Below are positions 46,767 to 56,267 of a DNA stretch of 64,000 bases, piece by piece (position 1 is the first letter of the stretch; the number at the start of each line of letters is the position of its first letter). A program made the position numbers and the translations under genes. Location: NCBI GenBank assembly GCA_050293845.1, contig JBNKNM010000002.1:18045-82044 (forward strand), in the 5' to 3' direction. This DNA comes from Pseudobacteriovorax sp. (GTDB lineage: Bacteria; Bdellovibrionota_B; Oligoflexia; Oligoflexales; Oligoflexaceae). Below the pieces are notes generated by a model. That model did not search any database. It was given only the letters and a program-made list of their open reading frames with translations, and had not been told where the DNA came from.

Positions 46767-49700
46767 ATGATGCATTTCAAGGAAGCTGTAAGGGAAGTGT
46801 TTCGGTACTTTAGCGCTAAGGAAACTAAATTATTTGAAAACGGAAATGTAGTCAATTTACTTGGTACCCATAGTGCCTATAGGGAAGCTTTTCTCATAAA
46901 GCTTGGAGAGCTTCTTATAAGTCAGCAGACGGTGGGTACGGAAAAGGTCGTTGTTGTATTACAACATGAAAAGCAAATAAACGATTGGGTTGCCGTGTTA
47001 TCCCATAACCTTAGTAATGAATTGCAGACTGCCGTTCTTCCGCACACCAAATACTGGGGAAGTTATCGCTTTGCAAATCAGGTGAGGGAGGAGAACGAGC
47101 GGCTGCGTTGCCTAGGTCAAATCGCACACCATGAAGGACCTTTAGTCATATTTACAAGCTTAGCGGGACTTCTGCAAACTACTTGCGATTTACCAACCCT
47201 GCGGTCACAAAGCCTGCAGTTGACGGTCGGAGCCACGTGGGATTTGGATGAATTTGTCGAAGCATTATTGCAGCGCGGTTACCAAAGAACGGATTTAGTA
47301 AGCGAACCAGGCTACTTTGCCATTCGCGGTGGTATTATCGATGTCTTCTCCTGTTATGATGAACGGCCGACACGCATAGAGTTTTTAGGGGATGAGATTA
47401 GTAGTATCAGGTGGTTCAATTCTATAGAACAAAGGTCTCAGGAAAAATGCGATAGGGTCACTATTATCCTGGCTCAAGAATCCCTTTATGAACAGCAGGC
47501 CAGTAAAGAAAGGGCTCAAATGCTCTATGACTATATTCTTCAGCAAACTCGAGAGATCGATAAAATAGAGCAAAAAGGCTTTATTGATAGTCTTTTAAAA
47601 GGCTACAAAATACCGAGTTTAGGTTTATTTTTGCCCCTATTTAGAAAACTGAATAGTTCTGCCCTAGATATGCTTAAAGGTAGCCTATTTTACTTCCCTG
47701 GTTCCTTAGATAGTGCTGTTGAGTTATATCGTAGTTTTGATGAAGCGCAGGAGAAAGATTTTCAACATGATTCTGATGCTGGTAAATTAAGTATTCCACC
47801 CCAGTACCACTTCATGCCCTTTACTGAAGACAAAATGCGGTCATCAGTGGTTGTCCAATATGGTGACCCTATGCGTAAAGGAGTGGCTGTTGGATTGGAG
47901 AATATTTCTCATACTCCTTTGAAATTACCAGATTTAAGTAAAATCATAAAGGCCCAACCTCGTTTAAAAACTGTTATTCTGGCCCCTCTGCAGTCCCAGT
48001 TAAACAAGGTAGAAAAAATCTTAAATGGATATGATATATCCTGTCGCTATGTAACATCATCGCTTTTTTATAAGGATGGTTATAAAAATCTCAAAGAAAG
48101 GGAGATAGCCTTGACACAAGGCACTCTAGCCCGAGATTTACTGATAAAACATCAGCAGCTTCTATTTATACCTGCTCACCTCTTATTTGGTGAGCCAAGA
48201 AAAAAGATATCGCAAAAAAAATCTTCTCAACTCAAAGCCATTCTGGATTCTTTTAAGGATCTCAGTCCTGGATCTTTGATCGTTCACATAGAACACGGTA
48301 TCGGAAGATTCATGGGAATGAATTCGATGTCTGTAGGTGGTATTACATCTGAGTTTTTAGAGATTGAATATGGAGCCGGGGATAAAATTTACTTACCTAT
48401 CGATAAACTATCCTTGGTACAAAAATATTCTAGTGGACTAGATAAAGAACCGAAGCTAGATCGTCTCAAAAGTCAAGGCTGGCTAAAGCGCAAGTCAAAA
48501 GCTAAATCTTCTATAAAGCAGCTAGCTATTAATCTTCTGGAGATTCATGCTAAAAGAAAGTTGGCGCAAAGGCACTCTTATTCCGCAGCCAATGAACTTT
48601 ACTACCAATTTGAAGCCGATTTTCCGTATGAAGAAACTGTGGATCAGGAAACCTGTATTTCTGATGTTCAAAAAGATTTATCGTCCCCCCATCCTATGGA
48701 CCGTCTCATCTGTGGTGACGTTGGATTTGGTAAGACTGAAATTGCACTGCGCGCTGCTATGCGGGTAGTCATGGACGGCTTACAGGTTATACTGATGGCA
48801 CCAACTACGGTGCTAAGTTTTCAGCACTTTCAAACCTTTAAAAAAAGATTTGATAATTATGCGGTGAAAACCGGGCTTTTAAATCGTTTCGTTAGTTCCA
48901 AAAGTATCCGAGCAACTCTAGAAAATTTTGCTAATGGAAAGATTGATATTCTGATAGGCACCCATAGGGTGCTTAGTCGTGATGTGAACCCTAAAAAATT
49001 GGGATTAGTTATCATCGATGAAGAACAAAGATTTGGTGTTGGTCATAAGGAAACATTAAAAACCCTTAGAGCAAAGGTTGATATACTTTCTCTATCTGCT
49101 ACACCCATTCCCCGGTCGCTGCATATGGCGATGTTAGGACTTAAAGATATTTCTGTGCTTATGACTCCGCCGCGCGCTCGATTGCCTATAAAAACTTTTA
49201 TTTCACCATGGAACGAAACCATTATTAAAAAATCAATTGAATTTGAAGTCAAGCGGGGAGGGCAGGTGTTTTTTGTACATAACCGCGTAGATAATATTTT
49301 AGAAATTGCCGCTGCTCTTAGCAATTTGCTACCAGATGTATCCTTTCAGGTTGCTCATGGTCAAATGGCTGAAAGAGAGCTTGAAAAAGTAATTCTGGCT
49401 TTTTTGGATCATAATTTTTCGGTATTGATCTGCACCACTATTATTGAATCTGGAATTGATATGCCTAATGTTAATACCATCTTAATTAACCAGGCTGAAC
49501 GATTTGGATTGGCCCAACTCTATCAGATGCGGGGCCGAGTAGGACGCTCCAGCAGGCAGTCCTTTGCCTACTTTTTAACGACGGGTAGTGTCGTCCGCAA
49601 TGTAACGGCTCAGCAGCGCTTAGAGGTCTTGGCAGCCCACCAGGATTTGGGGGCAGGATTCCAGGTGGCGAGTTACGATTTAGAGTTAAGGGGTGCTGGT

Positions 49701-50282
49701 GACCTGCTGGGGGCTGATCAATCGGGACGGGTTAACGATATCGGTATCGATCTTTATATGGAGCTATTGGAGCAGGAAATCTTGAAGCTTCAAGGCAAAA
49801 TGGATGAAGAGGATCTTCCTGAACCAGAGATTTGTATTAATGTGAGTGCCTATTTACCTAAGTCGTATATTAACAAGGAGTCGCAGAGGCTTTCATTCTA
49901 TAAGAGACTATTTTCAGCCAAAGATGAAGACGAAGTGGAAGCATTGGCAGCTGAGTTGGAGGACCGCTTTGGGAGTATGCCAATGGAAGCTCGAACGATT
50001 ATTACTGTGGCATTGACGAAAGTAATACTCAAAGCAATCCGTTGCTATACCTTGCTGCAAAAATCAGGAGGATTTTTTGAACTAAAGTTTAGTTCCTTAA
50101 AACCTCAAGAAATTGCCCGCTTGTTAGAACTTCCCGAGGAGTATCCAAATCGCTTCTTTCTCAATGCTGACTACAGTATGATGATTGCTGTACCAGAGGA
50201 ACAATGTCAAAATGATTTAGATCGTCTGGAAAAATTGACCGTATACCTGAGAAAAATAAAAGGAACTCCCACAAATGCTTAA
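46767..50282 (+). CDS. mfd: Transcription-repair coupling factor
   Basis: RGGIIDVF, VHIEHGIG, GDVGFGKTE, DEEQRFG, TPIPR, QMRGRVGR and DLELRGAG motifs; exact start between 46755 and 46770. Confidence 0.96.
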   Translation: MMHFKEAVREVFRYFSAKETKLFENGNVVNLLGTHSAYREAFLIKLGELLISQQTVGTEKVVVVLQHEKQINDWVAVLSHNLSNELQTAVLPHTKYWGSYRFANQVREENERLRCLGQIAHHEGPLVIFTSLAGLLQTTCDLPTLRSQSLQLTVGATWDLDEFVEALLQRGYQRTDLVSEPGYFAIRGGIIDVFSCYDERPTRIEFLGDEISSIRWFNSIEQRSQEKCDRVTIILAQESLYEQQASKERAQMLYDYILQQTREIDKIEQKGFIDSLLKGYKIPSLGLFLPLFRKLNSSALDMLKGSLFYFPGSLDSAVELYRSFDEAQEKDFQHDSDAGKLSIPPQYHFMPFTEDKMRSSVVVQYGDPMRKGVAVGLENISHTPLKLPDLSKIIKAQPRLKTVILAPLQSQLNKVEKILNGYDISCRYVTSSLFYKDGYKNLKEREIALTQGTLARDLLIKHQQLLFIPAHLLFGEPRKKISQKKSSQLKAILDSFKDLSPGSLIVHIEHGIGRFMGMNSMSVGGITSEFLEIEYGAGDKIYLPIDKLSLVQKYSSGLDKEPKLDRLKSQGWLKRKSKAKSSIKQLAINLLEIHAKRKLAQRHSYSAANELYYQFEADFPYEETVDQETCISDVQKDLSSPHPMDRLICGDVGFGKTEIALRAAMRVVMDGLQVILMAPTTVLSFQHFQTFKKRFDNYAVKTGLLNRFVSSKSIRATLENFANGKIDILIGTHRVLSRDVNPKKLGLVIIDEEQRFGVGHKETLKTLRAKVDILSLSATPIPRSLHMAMLGLKDISVLMTPPRARLPIKTFISPWNETIIKKSIEFEVKRGGQVFFVHNRVDNILEIAAALSNLLPDVSFQVAHGQMAERELEKVILAFLDHNFSVLICTTIIESGIDMPNVNTILINQAERFGLAQLYQMRGRVGRSSRQSFAYFLTTGSVVRNVTAQQRLEVLAAHQDLGAGFQVASYDLELRGAGDLLGADQSGRVNDIGIDLYMELLEQEILKLQGKMDEEDLPEPEICINVSAYLPKSYINKESQRLSFYKRLFSAKDEDEVEALAAELEDRFGSMPMEARTIITVALTKVILKAIRCYTLLQKSGGFFELKFSSLKPQEIARLLELPEEYPNRFFLNADYSMMIAVPEEQCQNDLDRLEKLTVYLRKIKGTPTNA

Positions 50283-51273
50283 AAATTACCTGCTGGCTTC
50301 CATTGCAATTATATTTTTTGGCTTTGGAGCTTATATTTGGAAAATAGTCAACACGGGAGTTTATCTTTCGGATGAACTGGAGACCGAGTACTCTCCTGAT
50401 ATAGCAACATCGGCAGAGCTAGTGATTGTGGGTGATCAGGCCATTACAAGAGATGATATCGAATGGGAATATAAGCTATTGACTCACGGTTTAATCAATG
50501 ATGAGGAACTCACTTCGATTCCCGAAATTATCGATGTGGAAACACAGCTGAATTCTCTAAAAGAAAAGCTGATCGCCTATCTTATTGAACGTAAACTGCT
50601 TTATAAATTTATCCAACAGGATCAAGACTTCACGATCAACGATGTATCTCGTTATACAGTTTGTTTACAAGAATGGCAAAAAACGATCGCTGCAGGAAGT
50701 GAGCTGTTTCCAACCAAGCAAGACAAAGAGCGACTAAAAAATCGACTGTGCGAGCGTCAAATTATTCTGCAGTATCTGCAGGAGAAGATTTTTGCGAAGA
50801 TAAAAATCTCCCCTGAGAAAATTGAGGCTTACTATCGAGAGAACCAGGCGCAGTTCGTATCGCCTCCAAAGGCTTTAATACGTCAAATAGTCCTAGCTTC
50901 TGAGTCCGAGGCTAAGCGCACCCGGCACCGGATCAATAGGCATAACTTCGAAGACTTGGCGCGGGAGGTGTCCATTTCGCCAGAGGCTGCCGATGGGGGT
51001 TTGATCGGCCCCTTTGCGAAAGGTGAAATGCCGCGTGTATTCGACGTGGCTTTCAGCATGTACCGAGGTGAAATCCGAGGCATTTTAAAGTCTACCTATG
51101 GCTTTCATATAATAAAGCTTGAAAAAAAATTCCCGAAGTCCAAACTGAGCCTAAATGAAGCTAAGGACAAGATCGTAGCTATATTGAAGAAGAACAAGCA
51201 GGAAGAGGAATATCAAAAATGGGTCGAATTGGCGCTAAGTGCAGTGCAGGTAAAATCACCAAAATCTATGTAG
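50275..51273 (+). CDS. Membrane-anchored PpiC-type peptidyl-prolyl isomerase (PrsA/SurA-like)
   Basis: FEDLAREVS...GGLIG...KSTYGFHII rotamase motif; follows mfd. Confidence 0.85.
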   Translation: MLKNYLLASIAIIFFGFGAYIWKIVNTGVYLSDELETEYSPDIATSAELVIVGDQAITRDDIEWEYKLLTHGLINDEELTSIPEIIDVETQLNSLKEKLIAYLIERKLLYKFIQQDQDFTINDVSRYTVCLQEWQKTIAAGSELFPTKQDKERLKNRLCERQIILQYLQEKIFAKIKISPEKIEAYYRENQAQFVSPPKALIRQIVLASESEAKRTRHRINRHNFEDLAREVSISPEAADGGLIGPFAKGEMPRVFDVAFSMYRGEIRGILKSTYGFHIIKLEKKFPKSKLSLNEAKDKIVAILKKNKQEEEYQKWVELALSAVQVKSPKSM

Positions 51274-52202
51274 CTTTCCAGCTAGTGTGTGGTTATGCGT
51301 GGGGCGCTGAACAGCTTGTGGATAGGCTGGTGGCTGAGGTCAATGGGGACCCCATTACCTACAGTGAAGTTCAGCAAAAGGTTAACAAGAAGGTGTTGGT
51401 GGAGGTGTCTGCTTATCCCGCTACAGAACAAGATTCTGCCTTTGAAGTGGCTCTTCAAGACAGTATCAACCTGAAGCTGATTTTACAAAGAGCTGAGGAA
51501 CTGGAAATAGCGATCGAAGATGAGCAGCTTGAAGGCGAAATTGAGAAGTTCATTAGCCGTCGTGGTCTCACGAAAGACTCTCTACTGACAGCTTTAAAGC
51601 AGGAAGGAATGAGCTACGATGACTATCGCCGGGATTGGCGTAAGCAGATGATCATCAGCCAATTTCAAGGGCGTGAAATTATGCCTTCTGTAAAAATAAC
51701 CGATAAAGATGTTGAGATCTTTTATTTGCAGGAAACAGGTGCCACTGGGGAAAATCTCAAGCTTACCTTGAGACAACTCTTTATCGCTGTTCCGAAGAGC
51801 CCAGAGTCTGTCAAGAAAGGCAAGGAGGCTATTGTTCAGCGCGCCTATAAAGAGCTTAAAGATGGGCTGGATTTTGAAAAAGCGGTAAAAATATACTCAG
51901 ACAATGAATCAAATCGTGATAAGGGGGGGATGATGCCTCCTGTGCTACTGAAAGATCTTTCGGCAACGATTCGCAAAGAAGTTAAAGGCTTGTCTGAAAA
52001 ACAATTTACCAAACCTCTCAAAATTGGAGGCGGGTACTATGTATTTTATCTGGACAAGAAAGAATTTAGTGGTAATGAGGAGTTTCGTAAGCTAAAGCCG
52101 CAGCTAGAACAACGACTGCGTCAGGCTCAGATTGTCGATCAGACTACCAAATGGATCGATAGTGAGCGGCGTCGCTCGGAAATTCGCGTGATTCCTAAAT
52201 GA
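51219..52202 (+). CDS. SurA-like chaperone/PPIase
   Basis: VDRLVAEVNGDPIT SurA N-domain; FEKAVKIYS...KGG rotamase; start uncertain. Confidence 0.82.
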   Translation: MGRIGAKCSAGKITKIYVAFQLVCGYAWGAEQLVDRLVAEVNGDPITYSEVQQKVNKKVLVEVSAYPATEQDSAFEVALQDSINLKLILQRAEELEIAIEDEQLEGEIEKFISRRGLTKDSLLTALKQEGMSYDDYRRDWRKQMIISQFQGREIMPSVKITDKDVEIFYLQETGATGENLKLTLRQLFIAVPKSPESVKKGKEAIVQRAYKELKDGLDFEKAVKIYSDNESNRDKGGMMPPVLLKDLSATIRKEVKGLSEKQFTKPLKIGGGYYVFYLDKKEFSGNEEFRKLKPQLEQRLRQAQIVDQTTKWIDSERRRSEIRVIPK

Positions 52203-52312
52203 ATTTTAAGAGTATCATAAACTAGGTGGTATCGTTGTTTAGAGCAGCGATAGTTAGCCGAGATCCATAAATCGTGCGGCCGATAAGGTCGCTGATTTCC
52301 TCGCCGATCACT

Positions 52313-53164
52313 TTACTCCTTTGGACAATTTTTAAGTTTTAGCTGGTCGCAGGCATAGCGGATAAAGCGCATACCGGTTGCGCTATTTGGTAAGAAAGCG
52401 CGGATATGGCCTGCTTCTTCAAGCTCCCAATATGTAAGCTTCTCCTTGGGGAGCTGCAACAGGAGGGGATGGATGGCGGCTTGGGGTACCATAGGGTCTT
52501 CTCTGCTGTGAATGACAAGCCAATAGGGGGAAGGTGTAAAGTCTGTATAATCAAGGGGAGATAGGTCATCAGAAATACATATATAGGGCAGCCACTGCAG
52601 AGCCCATGTTACGGGGCTGCCCTGTAAGGCTTTTACGGCAACGTCCCGGTATGATGCAAAGGTAGAGTCTAGTACTATGAGATCCATATCAACGTCACTA
52701 AGGTTTGAACTAACAAAACCAATGGCTCCTCCCAGGCTTTGTCCAAGCACAATTTTTTTAAGATTTTGGGTTGCCGGTAGTTTTTGAGCAAATTTGATGA
52801 GTTCTACTCCATCGTAAACCAGGGCTTCACGACTGGGGCTGCCAGGAGAACGTCCATACCCGCGATAATCAAATGACAGGACATGAAATCCATGGTGAGT
52901 CAGCCACAGGGTAGAAAGTATATGAGCTGACTTATTTTGTGCATTGCCATGAAAATGAATGATCAGGGCATTTTTGGGTTTTGTGCTGGGATAAAATAAC
53001 CAAGCATCAAGGGGGTTGCCGTCAGCTCCTGGAATGGTCAGTTCCTCAAAGGAAAGCAAGTCATGATTGGGGATAAAGTATGTTTTTGTGCTGGGATAGA
53101 AGAAAAAACTGTTACAGCTATTTATATATATGGATATTAGAATTATAAACAAGCGTTTCCCCAT
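52313..53164 (-). CDS. Alpha/beta hydrolase, putative lipoprotein
   Basis: HFHGNA, FDYRGYG, GQSLGG nucleophile, D and GH triad residues; lipobox-like INSC; ATG 53164 after AAGGA. Confidence 0.88.
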   Translation of the reverse strand: MGKRLFIILISIYINSCNSFFFYPSTKTYFIPNHDLLSFEELTIPGADGNPLDAWLFYPSTKPKNALIIHFHGNAQNKSAHILSTLWLTHHGFHVLSFDYRGYGRSPGSPSREALVYDGVELIKFAQKLPATQNLKKIVLGQSLGGAIGFVSSNLSDVDMDLIVLDSTFASYRDVAVKALQGSPVTWALQWLPYICISDDLSPLDYTDFTPSPYWLVIHSREDPMVPQAAIHPLLLQLPKEKLTYWELEEAGHIRAFLPNSATGMRFIRYACDQLKLKNCPKE

Positions 53165-53229
53165 GCTTTCCTTTCTGAACTTTCTGTGTTTAACATAACG
53201 AATCACGTAAGAACATAGGCTGCACAATT

Positions 53230-53814
53230 ATGAGGCATTACAGGATCTTTTTGATGCTTATTATTTCTAATGTATCTTGCCAACATTTTCAAAGCAGAAA
53301 ATCAGCTCAATTGCTTAATAGTATCGTGCTACAGTATTCTAACCATAATTATAGGATTATTTTAGAAAAGGATCTGGAGCAACTGGAAGCCCTTTTTAAT
53401 TCACCTTTATTACCGCATCTGAGAATACACTACCTTGATGTGATCAAACGAGCGGAGACTATAGACGTATCGCAGTATAATTGCACTCCCTATCAGTTGG
53501 CTTGCGTCTATCCAGATGACCCAACCATATACTTAAACCAGCTGTTTTTTCGCCAACCTGCAATCCTACGGTTAAGTACCTTGTTGCATGAAATATGGCA
53601 TGTGGAAAGTGGAAAGGGACATGATGAAATATCTACAGACTTTAAACTGTATGGCTGTTCTTCGCCTTATCAATTGGAGCGCATATTCATTCAGGATATT
53701 TATCATTATCAGGGTTTTGGTACAGTGTTTGCTGACTCGGGCACAAAAAACCATATACTTCGCGTTTTATCGCAAAAAATTGCGGAAGATCTCAAACTAA
53801 ATAATAATATCTAG
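53230..53814 (+). CDS. Putative lipoprotein with a HEXXH zinc-metallopeptidase motif
   Basis: NVSC lipobox-like site; TIYLN...STLLHEIWH...GH and a downstream E in YQLE. Confidence 0.65.
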   Translation: MRHYRIFLMLIISNVSCQHFQSRKSAQLLNSIVLQYSNHNYRIILEKDLEQLEALFNSPLLPHLRIHYLDVIKRAETIDVSQYNCTPYQLACVYPDDPTIYLNQLFFRQPAILRLSTLLHEIWHVESGKGHDEISTDFKLYGCSSPYQLERIFIQDIYHYQGFGTVFADSGTKNHILRVLSQKIAEDLKLNNNI

Positions 53815-53884
53815 TCAAGAAGATTCTTCCATGCTAGCTTTTTACTTATTAGTTTTTTATAACTCTACAATCTAAGGAGATAGG

Positions 53885-54337
53885 ATGCTCAAGAAGTTGA
53901 TTGTTTGCGTTTTTAGTTTAATACCAGGTATCTCTTTTGCTGCTGGCTATGGTGATGCTGGGTGTGGTTTGGGTTCTTTGGTGTTTGGTAGTGAGGCTGG
54001 TTTCGTACAAATTTTTGCTGCTACCACAAATGGATCTTCAGGTAATCAAACTTTTGGTATTACCACAGGAACCTTGAACTGCCAAGGTATGGCGAAGGAA
54101 GCTGATGAATTTATTAACATCAATAATGCTTCCTTACAGCTAGATGCAGCGAAAGGTGATGGAGAAACTCTTGTAAGTTTAGGTCAGATTTTCCGTTGTG
54201 AAGACCATAAGGCGTTTAATCACATCATTAAAGCCAACTATGGTGAAATTTTTGAAGATAATAATCCTAAGGAAATTCGCCGAAAAATTATGGCTGTTCT
54301 GACTTTGGGTGACATCAATTGCCACTTAGAAAGCTAG
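53885..54337 (+). CDS. DUF3015-like small secreted protein
   Basis: Signal peptide, then GYGDAGCGLGS, ATTNG..GNQTFGITTGTLNC and DAAKGDGETL motifs. Confidence 0.85.
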   Translation: MLKKLIVCVFSLIPGISFAAGYGDAGCGLGSLVFGSEAGFVQIFAATTNGSSGNQTFGITTGTLNCQGMAKEADEFININNASLQLDAAKGDGETLVSLGQIFRCEDHKAFNHIIKANYGEIFEDNNPKEIRRKIMAVLTLGDINCHLES

Positions 54338-56133
54338 TCCTTTTAGTATTGGGGTGCCTGTATCTTACAGGCACTGTTGCTCCAGCTGCTACACCTGATG
54401 TCCAGTGGCGGGGTCTGCTGCATTATCGCAATGCAAATCATAGCCATGTATATGATGCGCGATTTTTTTTGAGTAAAATGGGGAGCTCCGACCCTATTAT
54501 GGAGAGACATGCATTGCAAACCCAGATTAAGCAAGGACTTAACCTGGATGGTTCCCCTGTTTATTGTCGCTTTCCAGCACGTACTAAATGGCTCATAAGG
54601 GAAAACTTTATTGATAGCAAGCTAGTCGATTGGAGTCACTGTACGGCTTATAGTTACTACCTTACAAAAATGCCGCGTAGGACTGTGTACCTGGTTTTTT
54701 CATCCTATCATCTCGAATCAGCCTCTTCGACCTTTGGCCACACGCTGTTACGTATGAGCAATAACACTGTGAATGAGACATCCAGTGAGCTGATGGATAT
54801 GGGGATTAATTTTGCTGCAGAAGTTGATACATCAAATCCACTTAGCTATGCCCTCAAAGGATTGTTTGGTGGATTTAAAGCCAAATTTTCTATTATGCCA
54901 TATTTTTATAAAATTCGTGAATATGCTGATTACGAATCGCGCGATTTATGGTCTTATCAATTGCTTCTAACGTCGGAACAAATAGAACAGCTGATCGATC
55001 ATATTTGGGAATTACTTCATGTTGACTTCAGTTATTATTATATCGATGAAAACTGCAGTTTTCAGCTTCTTGCATTATTAGATGCTATTAATCCTGACTG
55101 GCAGCTAGCATCAAATTTAAAGCCCTATGTGGTCCCTATTGATTCAGTGCGTGTTGTACTGAATGAACCAAATTTAGTAGGAGATATACAATATCGCCCG
55201 AGCCTGCGCACGCAACTTGATGGTCAAATAAATGAACTATCGGAGCGAGAATTAGAAGTTTTCTGGCAGCTGGCAACGCAGCCAGAAGAGAATAAAAAAT
55301 GGCCACAGCTAGCAGCGCTGGAGGAAGCTAGAGTTCTGGAGACCATAAGCAAGTATCTGGACTATAGCTATAAGGATGATATCGTCAAAGGAACTGAGAA
55401 GGTTGTAGCCTGGAAGCATAAATTGCTATCGAGGCGTAGTCGTCTTGATATTCCTTCAGGATTTAAGGCCTCCCCATTAAAGGAGGCGGAGCAACCTCAT
55501 CGCAGCCATCCTACCGCTCGCACGGGAATGTCTATGGGACAGGAGTATGGCTTGCGATATTGGGGCTTCGATTTTCGCCTGGGGCACGACCTGTCTGATC
55601 CGGCATATGGTTACTTTAGTTCGGCTGAGATCGAGTTTTTAAAGGCTAAGCTTCGGGTATATCCTGGACAGCAAAGATTAGAACTGGACTCCCTTGATCT
55701 TCTCAACCTTTCTTATCTACAGCCATGGCGCTATAATGATTTGAAACTCAGCTACAAAGTACGCTTTGCTTATGAAAGCCGGTATCAACAGGGAACAAGT
55801 CATGGCACCCCCTTAGGCTATATGGGGGTGGGAGTATCATGGGAATCTCCACAAATAGGACTCTTTTTTCCCATGGCCGTAGCTCAGTTGCAAAATGATG
55901 ACTCCGGTAGCTTCGCAGCCCAGCCGGGCGTGCTTTTGGGCTGGCGCTGGGTATCACCCCAGACATGGGCATTGCTCGCAGAAGACCAATTCTTACATTT
56001 TAGGAATCGCTGGGAGAGGACGACCTCATTAGAATGGCGCTATTACCTGAGTAAAACCAGCTCAGTAGGTATGATGGCAAAAAGAGAAGTTGATAGCTGG
56101 CAGGAGCAGCTGGTCTGGTACCAATATTTTTAG
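54319..56133 (+). CDS. DUF4105 (Lnb N-terminal-like) domain protein with a probable C-terminal beta-barrel
   Basis: W..LLHY, CRFPAR, SSTFGHTLL, EY...ESRDLW and YYYIDENCS motifs; C-terminal alternating strands ending WYQYF. Confidence 0.82.
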   Translation: MPLRKLVLLVLGCLYLTGTVAPAATPDVQWRGLLHYRNANHSHVYDARFFLSKMGSSDPIMERHALQTQIKQGLNLDGSPVYCRFPARTKWLIRENFIDSKLVDWSHCTAYSYYLTKMPRRTVYLVFSSYHLESASSTFGHTLLRMSNNTVNETSSELMDMGINFAAEVDTSNPLSYALKGLFGGFKAKFSIMPYFYKIREYADYESRDLWSYQLLLTSEQIEQLIDHIWELLHVDFSYYYIDENCSFQLLALLDAINPDWQLASNLKPYVVPIDSVRVVLNEPNLVGDIQYRPSLRTQLDGQINELSERELEVFWQLATQPEENKKWPQLAALEEARVLETISKYLDYSYKDDIVKGTEKVVAWKHKLLSRRSRLDIPSGFKASPLKEAEQPHRSHPTARTGMSMGQEYGLRYWGFDFRLGHDLSDPAYGYFSSAEIEFLKAKLRVYPGQQRLELDSLDLLNLSYLQPWRYNDLKLSYKVRFAYESRYQQGTSHGTPLGYMGVGVSWESPQIGLFFPMAVAQLQNDDSGSFAAQPGVLLGWRWVSPQTWALLAEDQFLHFRNRWERTTSLEWRYYLSKTSSVGMMAKREVDSWQEQLVWYQYF

Positions 56134-56191
56134 GGACTATGAGCCATGACAAGATCTATAATTTCTAGAGTGAAGACCTGATTAAGGAGTG

Positions 56192-56257
56192 AGGGCAAGT
56201 CCAAGTCTTGTGGAGTTGCTTGCTTAACACAAGCAACTGATTCCATGGACTTACCCT
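56192..56257. repeat. Nested inverted repeat between convergent genes
   Basis: Outer arms AGGGCAAGTCCA / TGGACTTACCCT (11/12) and inner arms AGTTGCTTG / CAAGCAACT (9/9). Confidence 0.7.
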
Positions 56258-56267
56258 TGAGATTTAA

